Below the pieces are notes generated by a model, which made no database searches, was not told the DNA's origin, and was given only the letters and a program-made list of their open reading frames with translations. 64,000 bases of DNA, taken from NCBI GenBank assembly GCA_013138975.1, contig WTBR01000035.1:43733-107732 (forward strand). Direction: 5' to 3'. Below, piece after piece: positions 38,718-49,089 of the stretch. The position numbers were made by a program, and so were the translations under genes. The DNA is from Bacteroidales bacterium. GTDB lineage: Bacteria; Bacteroidota; Bacteroidia; Bacteroidales; UBA12077. Each line of letters begins with the position of its first letter. Position 1 is the stretch's first letter.

Positions 38718-39740
38718 TTACAATTCCATTTTAATATATTCAGGGTTTGGTGGTATAAATGTTAAATCATTTTCAAATACTATATGTCCATCATCACTAC
38801 GCTCAATTTCTTTAAAATTTGCAAATTTATAAGTAACATACATAATTTTATTTCTATCGGTACGCAGAAAATCTGCTGTAAGCGTCTTCCCATCCTGTTT
38901 AGTCTCATTCATGATATGATATAAAAGCAAACTTCCAACGCCTCTACTCATAACTCTGCAAGACATTAACAGCAGTTTCATGTGATTTACATTTTCCTGC
39001 AATTCTACTAAAGCTAAACCTATCTTTCCGTAACTTCCATATTTATCAGTAAGTTCACAAACATAAAGTCTATGGGTATCCGAAGTTCTAAATTCATCCA
39101 ACTCTTCGTAACTAAATGTTACACCTGTTGAATTTAGCTGATGTGTTCTCTCCGTAAGCTCCAATGCTCTCTTTAAGTCTTCACTTCCTGCTGGTTTAAT
39201 TTTAAACACCATATCAAGAGTTTTAAGAAATGATTCTTCAGGCCCCTGATATTCTTCTTCTTCAACTTTGCGTTTAATATCATCCATATACATCTTTCTT
39301 CGTTTTTCCGAATCAGAAGTAATAAACTTTGGATTCAATCTGGGATTTTCCAATAATGTTTTATACTCTAAGGCATCAATACATTCTACTGTTTCGAGTT
39401 CAGAATTAACTTCATCACGCTCAAATGGCTGATCGTCAATAAATATTAGGGTATCAAATCCAATATTAATATTTTCTTTAATATTTTTTACCGATAATGA
39501 TTTTGCATTCCAATTTATTTCCGGATATAGAAAATATTGATCCAAGCCAAATTCTTCAAGTTTTTTTATAGCATCCTCGTGATTATTTTTACTGGCAATG
39601 GATTGCAATATCCCTCTTTTATCAATCTCTTTTATAATTTCCGAAATATTATCTTTTAGCTTTACATTCTTATCTTCAAGTAAAACACCGTCCCAGATAG
39701 TATTATCCAGATCCCATATTATACATTTAGACTCTTTCAT
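38718..39740 (-). CDS. fkbH: FkbH-family glyceryl transferase/phosphatase (HAD IIIC)
   Basis: WDLDNTIW, SIASKN, INWNAKS, FIDDQPFER, RTHQLN, LLMSCRVM. Confidence 0.95.
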   Translation of the reverse strand: MKESKCIIWDLDNTIWDGVLLEDKNVKLKDNISEIIKEIDKRGILQSIASKNNHEDAIKKLEEFGLDQYFLYPEINWNAKSLSVKNIKENINIGFDTLIFIDDQPFERDEVNSELETVECIDALEYKTLLENPRLNPKFITSDSEKRRKMYMDDIKRKVEEEEYQGPEESFLKTLDMVFKIKPAGSEDLKRALELTERTHQLNSTGVTFSYEELDEFRTSDTHRLYVCELTDKYGSYGKIGLALVELQENVNHMKLLLMSCRVMSRGVGSLLLYHIMNETKQDGKTLTADFLRTDRNKIMYVTYKFANFKEIERSDDGHIVFENDLTFIPPNPEYIKMEL

Positions 39741-39758
39741 ATAAGTAATTATTATATA

Positions 39759-40613
39759 TTAATATTTATAAAATCCTTCGCCTGATTTCCTACCTAATAA
39801 ACCAGCATCTACCATTTTTTGTAATAATGGACATGGTCTGAATTTTGAATCCTTAAAATTATCGTACAAAACGTTTAACGAATCTAAAACAGTATCTAAT
39901 CCAATTAAATCTGCTGTTTCTAAAGGTCCCATACTATGCATATACCCTTTTTTAAAGATCGCATCAACATCAGCCGGATTAGCAATACTTTCATACACCA
40001 CAAATGCAGCTTCGTTCATAAAAAGATGTGACAAACGGTTGGCTACAAAACCTGGACTATCATTAACTACAACAGACTGTTTATCAATTGATTTTAAAAA
40101 AGCTTTAATAACATCAATTGTCTCTTGAGAAGTATGAAAGCCTTTAATTGTCTCAACCATTGCTTTTAAAGGAACAGGATTCATAAAATGAAGTCCTATT
40201 ACTTTTGATGGATCTACAAAATGAGATGCAAGCTTAGTGATAGGTATACATGAGGTATTAATGGCAAAAATAGTATCAGGTTTACAAAGGTCTTTTATCT
40301 CCTTAATAACTCCAATTTTTATATCAACCAACTCATTTACATTCTCAATTACAAGATCAACTTTATTAAAATTATTATACGTTAACTGAAAAGTTATTTT
40401 TTGTAATACTTCATCCAAGGATTCTGTAACCAGACTTCTATTCATCATTTTTACCATTCGGTAATCTGATTTAATCTTACTTTTTGCATCCTCAAGTGCA
40501 TCAGCTGATATATCCTTTAAAATCACAGGATAGCCTTTTAAAGCCAGATTAAGAGATACTCCACAGCCCATTACTCCAGCGCCGATTACTGCTATTTGAC
40601 CTATTTCTTTCAT
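39759..40613 (-). CDS. 3-hydroxyacyl-CoA/ACP dehydrogenase (FkbK/ZmaG-like)
   Basis: GAGVMG, NTSCIPIT, GLHFMNP, MGPLETADLIGLD, GRKSGEGFY. Confidence 0.9.
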   Translation of the reverse strand: MKEIGQIAVIGAGVMGCGVSLNLALKGYPVILKDISADALEDAKSKIKSDYRMVKMMNRSLVTESLDEVLQKITFQLTYNNFNKVDLVIENVNELVDIKIGVIKEIKDLCKPDTIFAINTSCIPITKLASHFVDPSKVIGLHFMNPVPLKAMVETIKGFHTSQETIDVIKAFLKSIDKQSVVVNDSPGFVANRLSHLFMNEAAFVVYESIANPADVDAIFKKGYMHSMGPLETADLIGLDTVLDSLNVLYDNFKDSKFRPCPLLQKMVDAGLLGRKSGEGFYKY

Positions 40614-41120
40614 TTTCAGTTAATTTTAATATTTTACACAAAACTGCTTAGAACAAAGATGTCTATATCCTATTTTAAATTGACTCTAAAATATAAATAT
40701 TCAATCCTAAAATATTTATTGAATACTTCAGTTAATAGTAGGTAGAGTGTATAAAAACGCAGTAAGGATTTCGTTATATAAAGCTTCGCTAACAAAACTC
40801 ACATGCAATTTAATCCTAAATTATTAATTACGAAAATACACTTATTAATAAAAAAATATTAATAAAAAACCGCATTTTTTGTCTAAAAATTATTTTTAGT
40901 AATTAAACCTCAAGTATTTTTAATTCAAACATTAGATTAATACATACGAATAAATAATCGTAAAGCATAAGATTGACATTATAAACACGAGCTATAAAGG
41001 TACGAATGGGATTTACGAAACGGATCCTGACACACCAAAATCCTAAGTTACAAATAAGTCACTTTTTGAAGTTTGCAAAATGAATTATTTAAGCTAGTAA
41101 GAAAAATATGCAACACTAAT

Positions 41121-41462
41121 TAGTTCTGTCTATAAAGTAAGAGTCTTGTTCAGAATGTTCGATTTTGAGGCTTGCGAAATTGCAAAAATTAAGGAGTTTA
41201 CAAGGCTTTGAATTCCGATAGCTATCGGAATATCTTTGACGCTTTCTTATCAAAGACTTGAAAAAAAGGCAGTTTTCTTGCTGACACTAGTTAAAGTCTG
41301 TCCATAAATTCGGGTGTTTGATTCAGAAAGTTCGAGATCAAGGTTTGTGAAGTTTTAAAAATCAAGAGTTTACTTTTGTAAATGCGATGTACTGAGCATG
41401 TCGAAGTAACTGATTTTTAAAACGAGCATAACGCAGATATCGGACTTTATGGACAAACACTA
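41121..41462. mobile_element. Two adjacent degenerate ~170-bp MITE-like elements
   Basis: Second copy bounded by gtctgtccataaa (41296) / tttatggacaaac (41446); first begins tctgtctataaa with similar 5' half; each holds a different REP. Confidence 0.55.
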
Positions 41463-41501
41463 TTTAAGTCTTATCTTAATATTCAAATTGTCCAATAATG
41501 T

Positions 41502-42509
41502 TTATTGATTTTTAATTATTTTAAATAAAGAGTTAAGCCATTCATCAGTATCATTTAAACTACTAACTAATGTTAATTTTTCACCACCATTTTTTATAAA
41601 CAATTCCTGATATTCATGCTGAATCTCAATAATTGTTTCAAGACAATCTGTTACGAATGATGGGGATACAACTAATATTTTTTTAATACCCTTTTGAGCT
41701 AAATCTTTAATAATTTGATCGGTAAAAGGATTTAGCCATTTGTTTGATAATCGAGACTGAAAGCCTACTGAAAATTCGTTTTGCGTCAAACCTAAACCTT
41801 TTACTATAAGTCGATTAGTTTCATAGCATGTAGCTTTATAACACAACTTGCCATGTTCGGGCATTTCATTAATACATTCGCAACTATCATTTGATATAGA
41901 GGAATGAATTTTATCTATATGACTTATAGGCAAACCATGATAAGAAAAAATAATATGATCATAATCCTTTGGATCATATTTTAAAATTTGATTCACATAT
42001 GTGTTTATAAATTCAGGATGATTATAAAACTGATGAATGAGTTTAATGCCTGGTATTACATTCCAGTTTTTCAATTCATTAAATATGGCTTCAAATGCAG
42101 ATCCTGTAGTTGATGATGCGTACTGCGGATATAAAGGTAATATGATAATTTCGTCTGGGTTTTCCTCCTTTATTTGCTTTAAAGTAGTTATTAATGATGG
42201 ATTTCCATATCGCATCCCCAAATAAATCTTATAATCTTTATTAAATTTATTCTGCAGTTTATTCTTTAATTCTGTAGAGTAATGAAGTAAGGCTGACCCT
42301 TTTTCTGTCCATAAATTCTTATACAACTTGCTAGACTTACGAGCACGAAAAGGAATAATTATTCCATTTACTAATATCTTTCTTAAAAAAAATGGTAATG
42401 TAATTACACGTTTATCATTTAAAAACTCCGACAAATACCGTCTTACATCCGATAGTGCAGGACTATCCGGAGTACCAATATTTATAAGTAATACCGCAAC
42501 TTTCTTCAA
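41502..42509 (-). CDS. hemH: Ferrochelatase
   Basis: LLINIGTP, GMRYGNP, PLYPQYASSTTGS, FSYHGLP, FQSRL, FVTDCLET. Confidence 0.96.
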   Translation of the reverse strand: MKKVAVLLINIGTPDSPALSDVRRYLSEFLNDKRVITLPFFLRKILVNGIIIPFRARKSSKLYKNLWTEKGSALLHYSTELKNKLQNKFNKDYKIYLGMRYGNPSLITTLKQIKEENPDEIIILPLYPQYASSTTGSAFEAIFNELKNWNVIPGIKLIHQFYNHPEFINTYVNQILKYDPKDYDHIIFSYHGLPISHIDKIHSSISNDSCECINEMPEHGKLCYKATCYETNRLIVKGLGLTQNEFSVGFQSRLSNKWLNPFTDQIIKDLAQKGIKKILVVSPSFVTDCLETIIEIQHEYQELFIKNGGEKLTLVSSLNDTDEWLNSLFKIIKNQ

Positions 42510-42511
42510 AT

Positions 42512-42769
42512 CTATACTATTCTTGTTTTATATTTCAACCTATAAATATATTTTCCTGTATATTGACCAATAATAAACATTGCTACAAATAAAACTATGT
42601 ATTTCCAATCAGAATTAATATTACAAAGATATCTTAACAAGATGGATATACCTACTGGCACATGTATGGCCAGAAACCATTTTAATGAAAAACGTTTTAC
42701 ACCTCCCCGCCAATAACCAAAAGGTACATTTATAATATAAACCAAAATTGATACTAATATAGGAATCAT
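42512..42769 (-). CDS. Small membrane protein of unknown function
   Basis: INVPFGYWR..FSLKWFLAIHVPV; tightly packed in the operon. Confidence 0.75.
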   Translation of the reverse strand: MIPILVSILVYIINVPFGYWRGGVKRFSLKWFLAIHVPVGISILLRYLCNINSDWKYIVLFVAMFIIGQYTGKYIYRLKYKTRIV

Positions 42770-42770
42770 T

Positions 42771-44147
42771 CTATATGGTGCTATTAATTATTTCATTGGC
42801 AACTTGCTTACCCTGTTTTACTCTATCTGCCATTCCAATTCCATCTCTGATATTTCCTGCAAGTATTAATCCCGGATATTTTTTCTGGATTTGTTCTATA
42901 GCATTAAACCTGACACCTGATGATGCTTCATATTGAGGAATAGCTTTTTTATATCGTAATATTGTTAATAAATCTGGTTTTTGAGTACTCTTCAATGTTT
43001 CAGCTATTTCAGAAAGGACTATTTCTTCTATTTCATTATCGGTCATTTCAATTATTTCAGGTTTTTTTACACCACCCATAAATACTGAGATAATTGCTCC
43101 TTCTTTTGGTGCTCTGTCTGCAAATAGAGTCGATGGAAATAAAATCCCCAAACTGTTTCGATTTTCTTTTGATGGCACCAAGCCACCAAATGCATTTAGC
43201 TCTATTCCCTTCCAATTATTATAACAAACAACAGCTTGGACTACTTTTGCGTAATTAAGGTTCGTAAGATCCTTCATTTCGTCTTCCTGCAAGAAAGATA
43301 ATAAATTAGTTAAATTCGATGCATCAACTGTTGTAATAACAATGTCAGATTGAATCTCAATTGGATTTTTATTGGATAGTAGATTTGTGATAAATCCTTT
43401 TCCATTTGGTTTTACCTCAACATCTGAACTATTCAATAAGATATTTTCATATCCAATTTCCTGAGTAATTGCATCTGTAAGGTTTTTTAATCCTCCTTTT
43501 ACTGAAAAAACTTCACGACTAACTCTTTTCTCTATTTCAGTTTTGGGTTCTTTTTTCTTCTTTAATGCTCCTTTAATAAAGCTACCATAATTTTGTTCTA
43601 AATTATAAAGTTTAGGTAGAGCATATTTTGTTACAAGTTTTGATGGATCTCCTGCATATATTCCTGAAATAAAAGGATCAATGGCATAATTAAGAAAACT
43701 TTTACCCATGCGTCTAAGTACTAATTCAGCCACAGATTCATCAGGATTTAAACCTGGTTTTCGAAAAGGTTCTCCGAGAATTCTAAATTTATCTTTTAAA
43801 CTAAACAATGGTGTAAATACTGCTGAAATAAAACCGGAAGGTAGTGCATGCCAATTCTTATTTTTCCATATCCATCTGTTGTTAGCCTTTGGATTAGCTG
43901 CTTCAGGCTTTATTTTATCTTTTAAATCATCAAACAGTTCAACGAGTTCTGTTGTTCCAATTATACCTGTATTGGGCCCCGTTTCAAATATAAACTCATC
44001 TTGCTTTACGGTATTAATAACTCCTCCCGTTCTATTATCTTTTTCTATTAACAATACTTTTTTTCCAGCTTTGCTAAGATAAAAAGCAGTTGTAAGCCCT
44101 GATAGTCCGGCTCCTAAAACAACAATATCAACTTTTTTATTACTCAT
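42771..44147 (-). CDS. hemG: Protoporphyrinogen/coproporphyrinogen oxidase (HemY-type flavoprotein)
   Basis: Likely start MSNKK at 44147; GAGLSGL, FETGPN, PFISGIYAGD, FGGLVP, AIPQY. Confidence 0.93.
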   Translation of the reverse strand: MSNKKVDIVVLGAGLSGLTTAFYLSKAGKKVLLIEKDNRTGGVINTVKQDEFIFETGPNTGIIGTTELVELFDDLKDKIKPEAANPKANNRWIWKNKNWHALPSGFISAVFTPLFSLKDKFRILGEPFRKPGLNPDESVAELVLRRMGKSFLNYAIDPFISGIYAGDPSKLVTKYALPKLYNLEQNYGSFIKGALKKKKEPKTEIEKRVSREVFSVKGGLKNLTDAITQEIGYENILLNSSDVEVKPNGKGFITNLLSNKNPIEIQSDIVITTVDASNLTNLLSFLQEDEMKDLTNLNYAKVVQAVVCYNNWKGIELNAFGGLVPSKENRNSLGILFPSTLFADRAPKEGAIISVFMGGVKKPEIIEMTDNEIEEIVLSEIAETLKSTQKPDLLTILRYKKAIPQYEASSGVRFNAIEQIQKKYPGLILAGNIRDGIGMADRVKQGKQVANEIINSTI

Positions 44148-44148
44148 T

Positions 44149-45528
44149 TTATACGGTTTTGGAATATTTGTTTTCTTGTTCAATATACTCTGGATCAAAA
44201 GTTGCAGCAATATTTCTAATAAATAATGAGCCCTTTCCAGAAACTTCAATTTTATTATCAATGAATGTCATTAAATCATCGCTTATAAAATTTTTAAGTT
44301 TGTTTTCATTAAATCCTGTAATTTTCTCTACAGCATCTATATTTATTTGATATTTTTCGGCAATCTTTGAAAGATCAAGTTGATTATTGCACATAAGTTC
44401 ATTAATGATGTCCCGAACAATAATTTGATCTTTTGTTAATAACATCCTTTTTTCTACCGGAAACTTTCCCTTGTTTACGGTCTCAATATAAATATCTAAT
44501 TCCTTAACATTTTGTGCGTATCCATTCTCAAGTTGACTTATCGACGAAACACCAAAAGCATAAACTTGTCCTGTTGTTCTTTTTGTGCAATAGCCCTGAA
44601 AATTACGATGTAAACTATTTTGATTTAAAGCCTGGCCTAGTTCATCTTTAGGCAATACATAATGATCTAAACCAACTGGTAAATATCCTGATTCTAATAA
44701 TAATTCTCGTGCAGACAAGAACATTTCCATTTTAAGCTCAGATGAAGGAAGTCCCTTTTTTTCGAGTATAATTTGATGTTTTTTTAACCACGGAACATGT
44801 GCATATGAAAAAGTTACTAATCGATCTGGTTTAATTTTTATCGCCTGATTTATTGTTTTTAAGAAACCATCTACATTTTGTCCAGGCAAACCATAAATAA
44901 AATCGAGGTTTACAGCAACTAATGGATTTTTCTTTTTTAAATAACTAACTATTTCGTTAACAGGCAGAGCTGATGGAGAACGATTTACCGATTTCAAAAT
45001 TTCCGTATTAAAATCCTGAATACCTAAGCTAAATCGGTTAAATTTCGCACCCAATAAACGATCAATATAGTCGTAATCAAGCTGTGCAGGATTGCATTCT
45101 ATAGCAATTTCAGGATTTTCAATTAGTGAAAATTCATTAAATATTAAATTATTTATTTCTTCAATATATTTAACATCAATTGCATTAGGTGTGCCCCCTC
45201 CGTAATGAATTTGAGAAACTTTTCTGTTTTTATCTAAAGATCCAAAAACCTTTATAATCTCTTTTTTCAAAGCTTTTATGTATTCTTCAATCAACTGTTC
45301 TTCTTTAATGGTGCATGCATTACATCCACAATAAAAGCATATCTTTTTACAAAAAGGAATATGAATATATAAAGCTATATGATTAGGTTCTTGATTATTA
45401 GATTGCTCAATAAATTGTACATATTCAGATTCTGCAAATCCTTCTTTAAAATGATTAGCGGGGGGGTAACTTGTATAACGTGGTACCGGAATATTATATT
45501 TCTCAAGTATTTTTTTATCTACTTTCAT
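44149..45528 (-). CDS. hemN: Oxygen-independent coproporphyrinogen III oxidase (radical SAM)
   Basis: PRYTSYP, YIHIPFCKKICFYCGC, GGGTP, YAHVPW, RNFQGY. Confidence 0.96.
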   Translation of the reverse strand: MKVDKKILEKYNIPVPRYTSYPPANHFKEGFAESEYVQFIEQSNNQEPNHIALYIHIPFCKKICFYCGCNACTIKEEQLIEEYIKALKKEIIKVFGSLDKNRKVSQIHYGGGTPNAIDVKYIEEINNLIFNEFSLIENPEIAIECNPAQLDYDYIDRLLGAKFNRFSLGIQDFNTEILKSVNRSPSALPVNEIVSYLKKKNPLVAVNLDFIYGLPGQNVDGFLKTINQAIKIKPDRLVTFSYAHVPWLKKHQIILEKKGLPSSELKMEMFLSARELLLESGYLPVGLDHYVLPKDELGQALNQNSLHRNFQGYCTKRTTGQVYAFGVSSISQLENGYAQNVKELDIYIETVNKGKFPVEKRMLLTKDQIIVRDIINELMCNNQLDLSKIAEKYQINIDAVEKITGFNENKLKNFISDDLMTFIDNKIEVSGKGSLFIRNIAATFDPEYIEQENKYSKTV

Positions 45529-46729
45529 TTTTCTTTAATCTTAATGGATAATTATATAATAATACTAAAAATACAAATACAGCAAGAATAAACTCTACCC
45601 TATAGAGTCCGCTATAACCAATTTTGTCTCCAAGTCTACCACTTAAAATCGCAATTATTAAACCACTTAAATGAGTAACTACAATTTGAACAGTAAAGTC
45701 TGTACCTTCTCTGCCCTTTCTTACAATATCCATTGAAGTGGTGTAGATTATTACAGTTGATAATCCATATGCACCCCACAGAAGACAAATTCCAATATAA
45801 ATCTCAAAAAGAAGCGGTGTATGATTTGCCAGATATATAAAGAATGTAGCAGCTGATAAATTAATTAAAGCGAATATATAAATCGACGCTTTTCTCCCTA
45901 TTTTCTTTATAATGATACCTGCAAGTAATGCTGAAAGAGCCGCTACAGAGGTCCCAACAATACCTGACATAAATCCAATTTGTTTCACATTATAACCTAG
46001 ATCAACTAAGTAAGGTTTAAGCATTGCAAGAATTCCTATTATCCCAGAATAGTAGAAACCAAGAACAAGTAGACGTTTCCGACATGTTTTATCTTTAAAA
46101 AACACAAAGATATCACGTATTTTAACTCGTGGCTTATTAAACGTTTCCAAGCTGCCTTTTCCTTTATACAAAATCGTAGGTACTATTGCAAACACAACAA
46201 AAGCTGCTAATAAAAACAGCAAATTCTTCCAGCCAAAATAATAATATGCTAATAACAATACGCCAGTACCTAATAAACTTCCTATAAAACTTCCTGCCGA
46301 TTGCATGCTGTTTCCTGTTCCTCGTTCTTCAGGTTTTAAAATCAAAATGGCAAAAATATCTGTGGCAATATCCTGAGTTGCAGAAGCAATAAAAGCCACA
46401 AGCATTAAAATAATAATTAGACTAAAATCCGTTTTCAAATTAAAGAAACCAATACTAATAATCACAATTGCATAAAATAGTTCAGAAATAATAATCCAAC
46501 GTCTTATTTGCTTTCCGTTTTGCGTATAATTATCGACAAAGGGTGCCCAAAGAAACTTTAGAATCCACGGTAATTTTACTAATTGCAAGAGTCCTATGGA
46601 TTCCAACGAATATTGTTCCTGTCTCATAATTACAGGAACAACAGTAGAGAAAAAACTCATTGGAACCGACTGTGCTATATACAGACTAAATAAAACCGGA
46701 AATTTTTGCCAATCTTTTGATTTTTTCAA
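45515..46729 (-). CDS. MFS permease, AmpG/RhtX/FptX family
   Basis: LYIAQSVP, LPWILKFLWAPFVD, SATQDIATD, EGTDFT. Confidence 0.88.
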   Translation of the reverse strand: MKKSKDWQKFPVLFSLYIAQSVPMSFFSTVVPVIMRQEQYSLESIGLLQLVKLPWILKFLWAPFVDNYTQNGKQIRRWIIISELFYAIVIISIGFFNLKTDFSLIIILMLVAFIASATQDIATDIFAILILKPEERGTGNSMQSAGSFIGSLLGTGVLLLAYYYFGWKNLLFLLAAFVVFAIVPTILYKGKGSLETFNKPRVKIRDIFVFFKDKTCRKRLLVLGFYYSGIIGILAMLKPYLVDLGYNVKQIGFMSGIVGTSVAALSALLAGIIIKKIGRKASIYIFALINLSAATFFIYLANHTPLLFEIYIGICLLWGAYGLSTVIIYTTSMDIVRKGREGTDFTVQIVVTHLSGLIIAILSGRLGDKIGYSGLYRVEFILAVFVFLVLLYNYPLRLKKNESR

Positions 46730-46741
46730 TTTCTTATAAGA

Positions 46742-48853
46742 TTAAAATTTCAATGAAATATTTACTCCAATTTGCATTGGTTTACCCATTTGAACATAAG
46801 TGTTTCCTAATGCTTCGAATAAAAATGACCTATATTCTGAATTTAATATATTTTTTGCCCATATATCAAACTGCATTTTATTCTTTATGAAGGATATTTT
46901 TGCATTTAATAAACCATATGTCTCCTCATAATAAGAATTATCAAGATTCCAGTATGTTACTCCTTTTTGCTGATAACTAGCATTCATTTTAAAATAATCA
47001 ATAAATGAAATACTATTTAATTTAATCAATTGTGACAACTGAATAGCAAAAGTGTGTCTTGGAATATATGGAGTGAATTGATCATTATAATTAGTAGTAG
47101 AATCTTTTACATATTCGAGTATTCTTGAATGTGTATAACCATATGCAATCATGCCTTGAAATCCTTTAACACTCCTATTTTTTACGGATACCTCAACACC
47201 AGTGTTTTCTGATAATCCTGCATTGTCGAGATATGATCCTCTTCCACTTGGGACGGTTCTATATATCTGTTGATCTTGAAGTTTTGTGTAAAAACCCGCT
47301 AATTCTGAGTAAATAAAACTATTAAACATGGAAGTTTTTAAACCAAGTTCAAAATTATATGTCATTTCGTTTTTAAACATCAGATGTTCTGGTTCTTCAA
47401 AGGTAGAGTTAAATCCTCCTGGCTTATATCCAGTAGTATATGAAGCATAAATAGTAGATTTATTTATTTGATAGCTTAATGCAATTTTCGGCAATAAAAT
47501 ATAATCCTTTAGTTTTTTGTATGTTGTATCAGTATCTGCTAACTCAGTACCACCTCTTGTCATATTATATTTGTAGTTTAATTCTGATATTTCATAATCA
47601 TATCTTAAACCAGCAGTTATCGATAAATTCTTTGTTACATTTAAGGTAGACTGATGAAAAAGCGCAAAACTTGAAACATTTAATCCGTAATTCTTAATAT
47701 ACCAAATATCAGATGCATGCACATCAACTTCTACAGCTTTGTCAAAAACCTGCATAAATCCGAATGCACCAAATAGCCATTTATATTTTTCATTTCCTAC
47801 AGAATTAACTATAAGTTCATCCGAAATCATATTTTGATTCATAAATTGCTGAACAAAATACAAAGAGTCAGGAGAAAAATCTTGATCAATTTTCTGTACA
47901 TCATCAAGAAATTGATATGAAAAAGTATTATTCAGTTCCCATTTATTTCCTGAATATTTTAATTTCAATCCATTTGAAAATAAGAGTCTGTCGTATGAAC
48001 TTTGCTGATTATAGTTAATATCTTCGGCTTTTTGTAAAGAATCATTAAATATTGCATATGGATATCCACCCTGATCACTCTTATCAAAACTAGCAATATT
48101 TTCAATTGTTAATTTCTTAGAAATATTATAAATGATTTTACTTCTTAATCCAACAGAATTAAATTCGTCAACCTTTGAGTTAAAATACTTATTGGTGTAA
48201 AATCCGTCTCCATGTTGATAATTACCTGATAATGAAAATGCAATCTTTTCATTAAGTTTAGTATAATGGCTAGCATTCAATTTGTAATTTCCATAAGTTG
48301 CCGCAGTTATATGAATATTTGTTCCTTGGTAATTTTCTGGCGATAAAGTTAAAATATTAATAAGTCCTCCCATACAATTTCTACCATATAGCGTCCCTTG
48401 AGGTCCTCTAAGAATTTCTATTCGTTCAATATCAAAAAAATCAAAATCAAAGGCTGCTTTTTCAAAAAAGGGTACATTATCAACATATAAACCTACAGAA
48501 GGAGAGTTTATTCTTGATCCTACACCTCTAATATAAACAGGAGATGTAAGTTTGGAGCCATAATCCGGCATCACAAAGTTAGCAGCAAAATTACTAACCT
48601 GATTTAAAGAATTAATTTCATTAGATTCTATTAATGATTTCGATATTAGTGAAACTGATGCAGGAAGTTTTTTGAGTTTAGACTTATCTTTTGATGCAAC
48701 AATCACAATTTCTCCTAATTCCACTTCAGGAATCATAAGGCTATCGGTTGTTACAATAATTTCTTGAGCAATAATTGTTACAATAGAATTTAATATTAGA
48801 AATAAGGATAAAATAATTTTCATATTCATACTTTCAGTTTTAATAAGTTCCAA
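46742..48853 (-). CDS. TonB-dependent receptor (FyuA/iron-complex-like)
   Basis: Plug motifs YIRGVGS, VGLYVD, ERIEILRGPQGTLYGRN; GYKPGGFN; terminal F; true start probably a few codons downstream. Confidence 0.93.
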   Translation of the reverse strand: MELIKTESMNMKIILSLFLILNSIVTIIAQEIIVTTDSLMIPEVELGEIVIVASKDKSKLKKLPASVSLISKSLIESNEINSLNQVSNFAANFVMPDYGSKLTSPVYIRGVGSRINSPSVGLYVDNVPFFEKAAFDFDFFDIERIEILRGPQGTLYGRNCMGGLINILTLSPENYQGTNIHITAATYGNYKLNASHYTKLNEKIAFSLSGNYQHGDGFYTNKYFNSKVDEFNSVGLRSKIIYNISKKLTIENIASFDKSDQGGYPYAIFNDSLQKAEDINYNQQSSYDRLLFSNGLKLKYSGNKWELNNTFSYQFLDDVQKIDQDFSPDSLYFVQQFMNQNMISDELIVNSVGNEKYKWLFGAFGFMQVFDKAVEVDVHASDIWYIKNYGLNVSSFALFHQSTLNVTKNLSITAGLRYDYEISELNYKYNMTRGGTELADTDTTYKKLKDYILLPKIALSYQINKSTIYASYTTGYKPGGFNSTFEEPEHLMFKNEMTYNFELGLKTSMFNSFIYSELAGFYTKLQDQQIYRTVPSGRGSYLDNAGLSENTGVEVSVKNRSVKGFQGMIAYGYTHSRILEYVKDSTTNYNDQFTPYIPRHTFAIQLSQLIKLNSISFIDYFKMNASYQQKGVTYWNLDNSYYEETYGLLNAKISFIKNKMQFDIWAKNILNSEYRSFLFEALGNTYVQMGKPMQIGVNISLKF

Positions 48854-49036
48854 AAATCATGAATAATTCTGAAGCAAATCTGTAGTTTACGGCAATCTCT
48901 GGCTACATATGAAAATATTAAAACTTAGAACCCTGGCAGTGTGAATTTTATAACAGAACAAAATATATAATTATTTTTCTATATACGTATATTCATATTA
49001 AGAACAATGTTATATTTAAATAAAGTTAATAAAATG

Positions 49037-49065
49037 AAAAAAGGGTAGCTAAATGCTACCCTCTT
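49037..49065 (-). terminator. Terminator after hydrogenase operon 2
   Basis: aaaaaagggtagc-taaat-gctaccct. Confidence 0.8.
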
Positions 49066-49089
49066 CTCAATCTTAATATATAATATTAA

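Noticed and set aside
44148-44261. 38-aa N-terminal extension of hemG in the ORF track
   Set aside because: Overlaps hemN; ATG at 44147 sits just after the hemN stop and directly before the FAD motif
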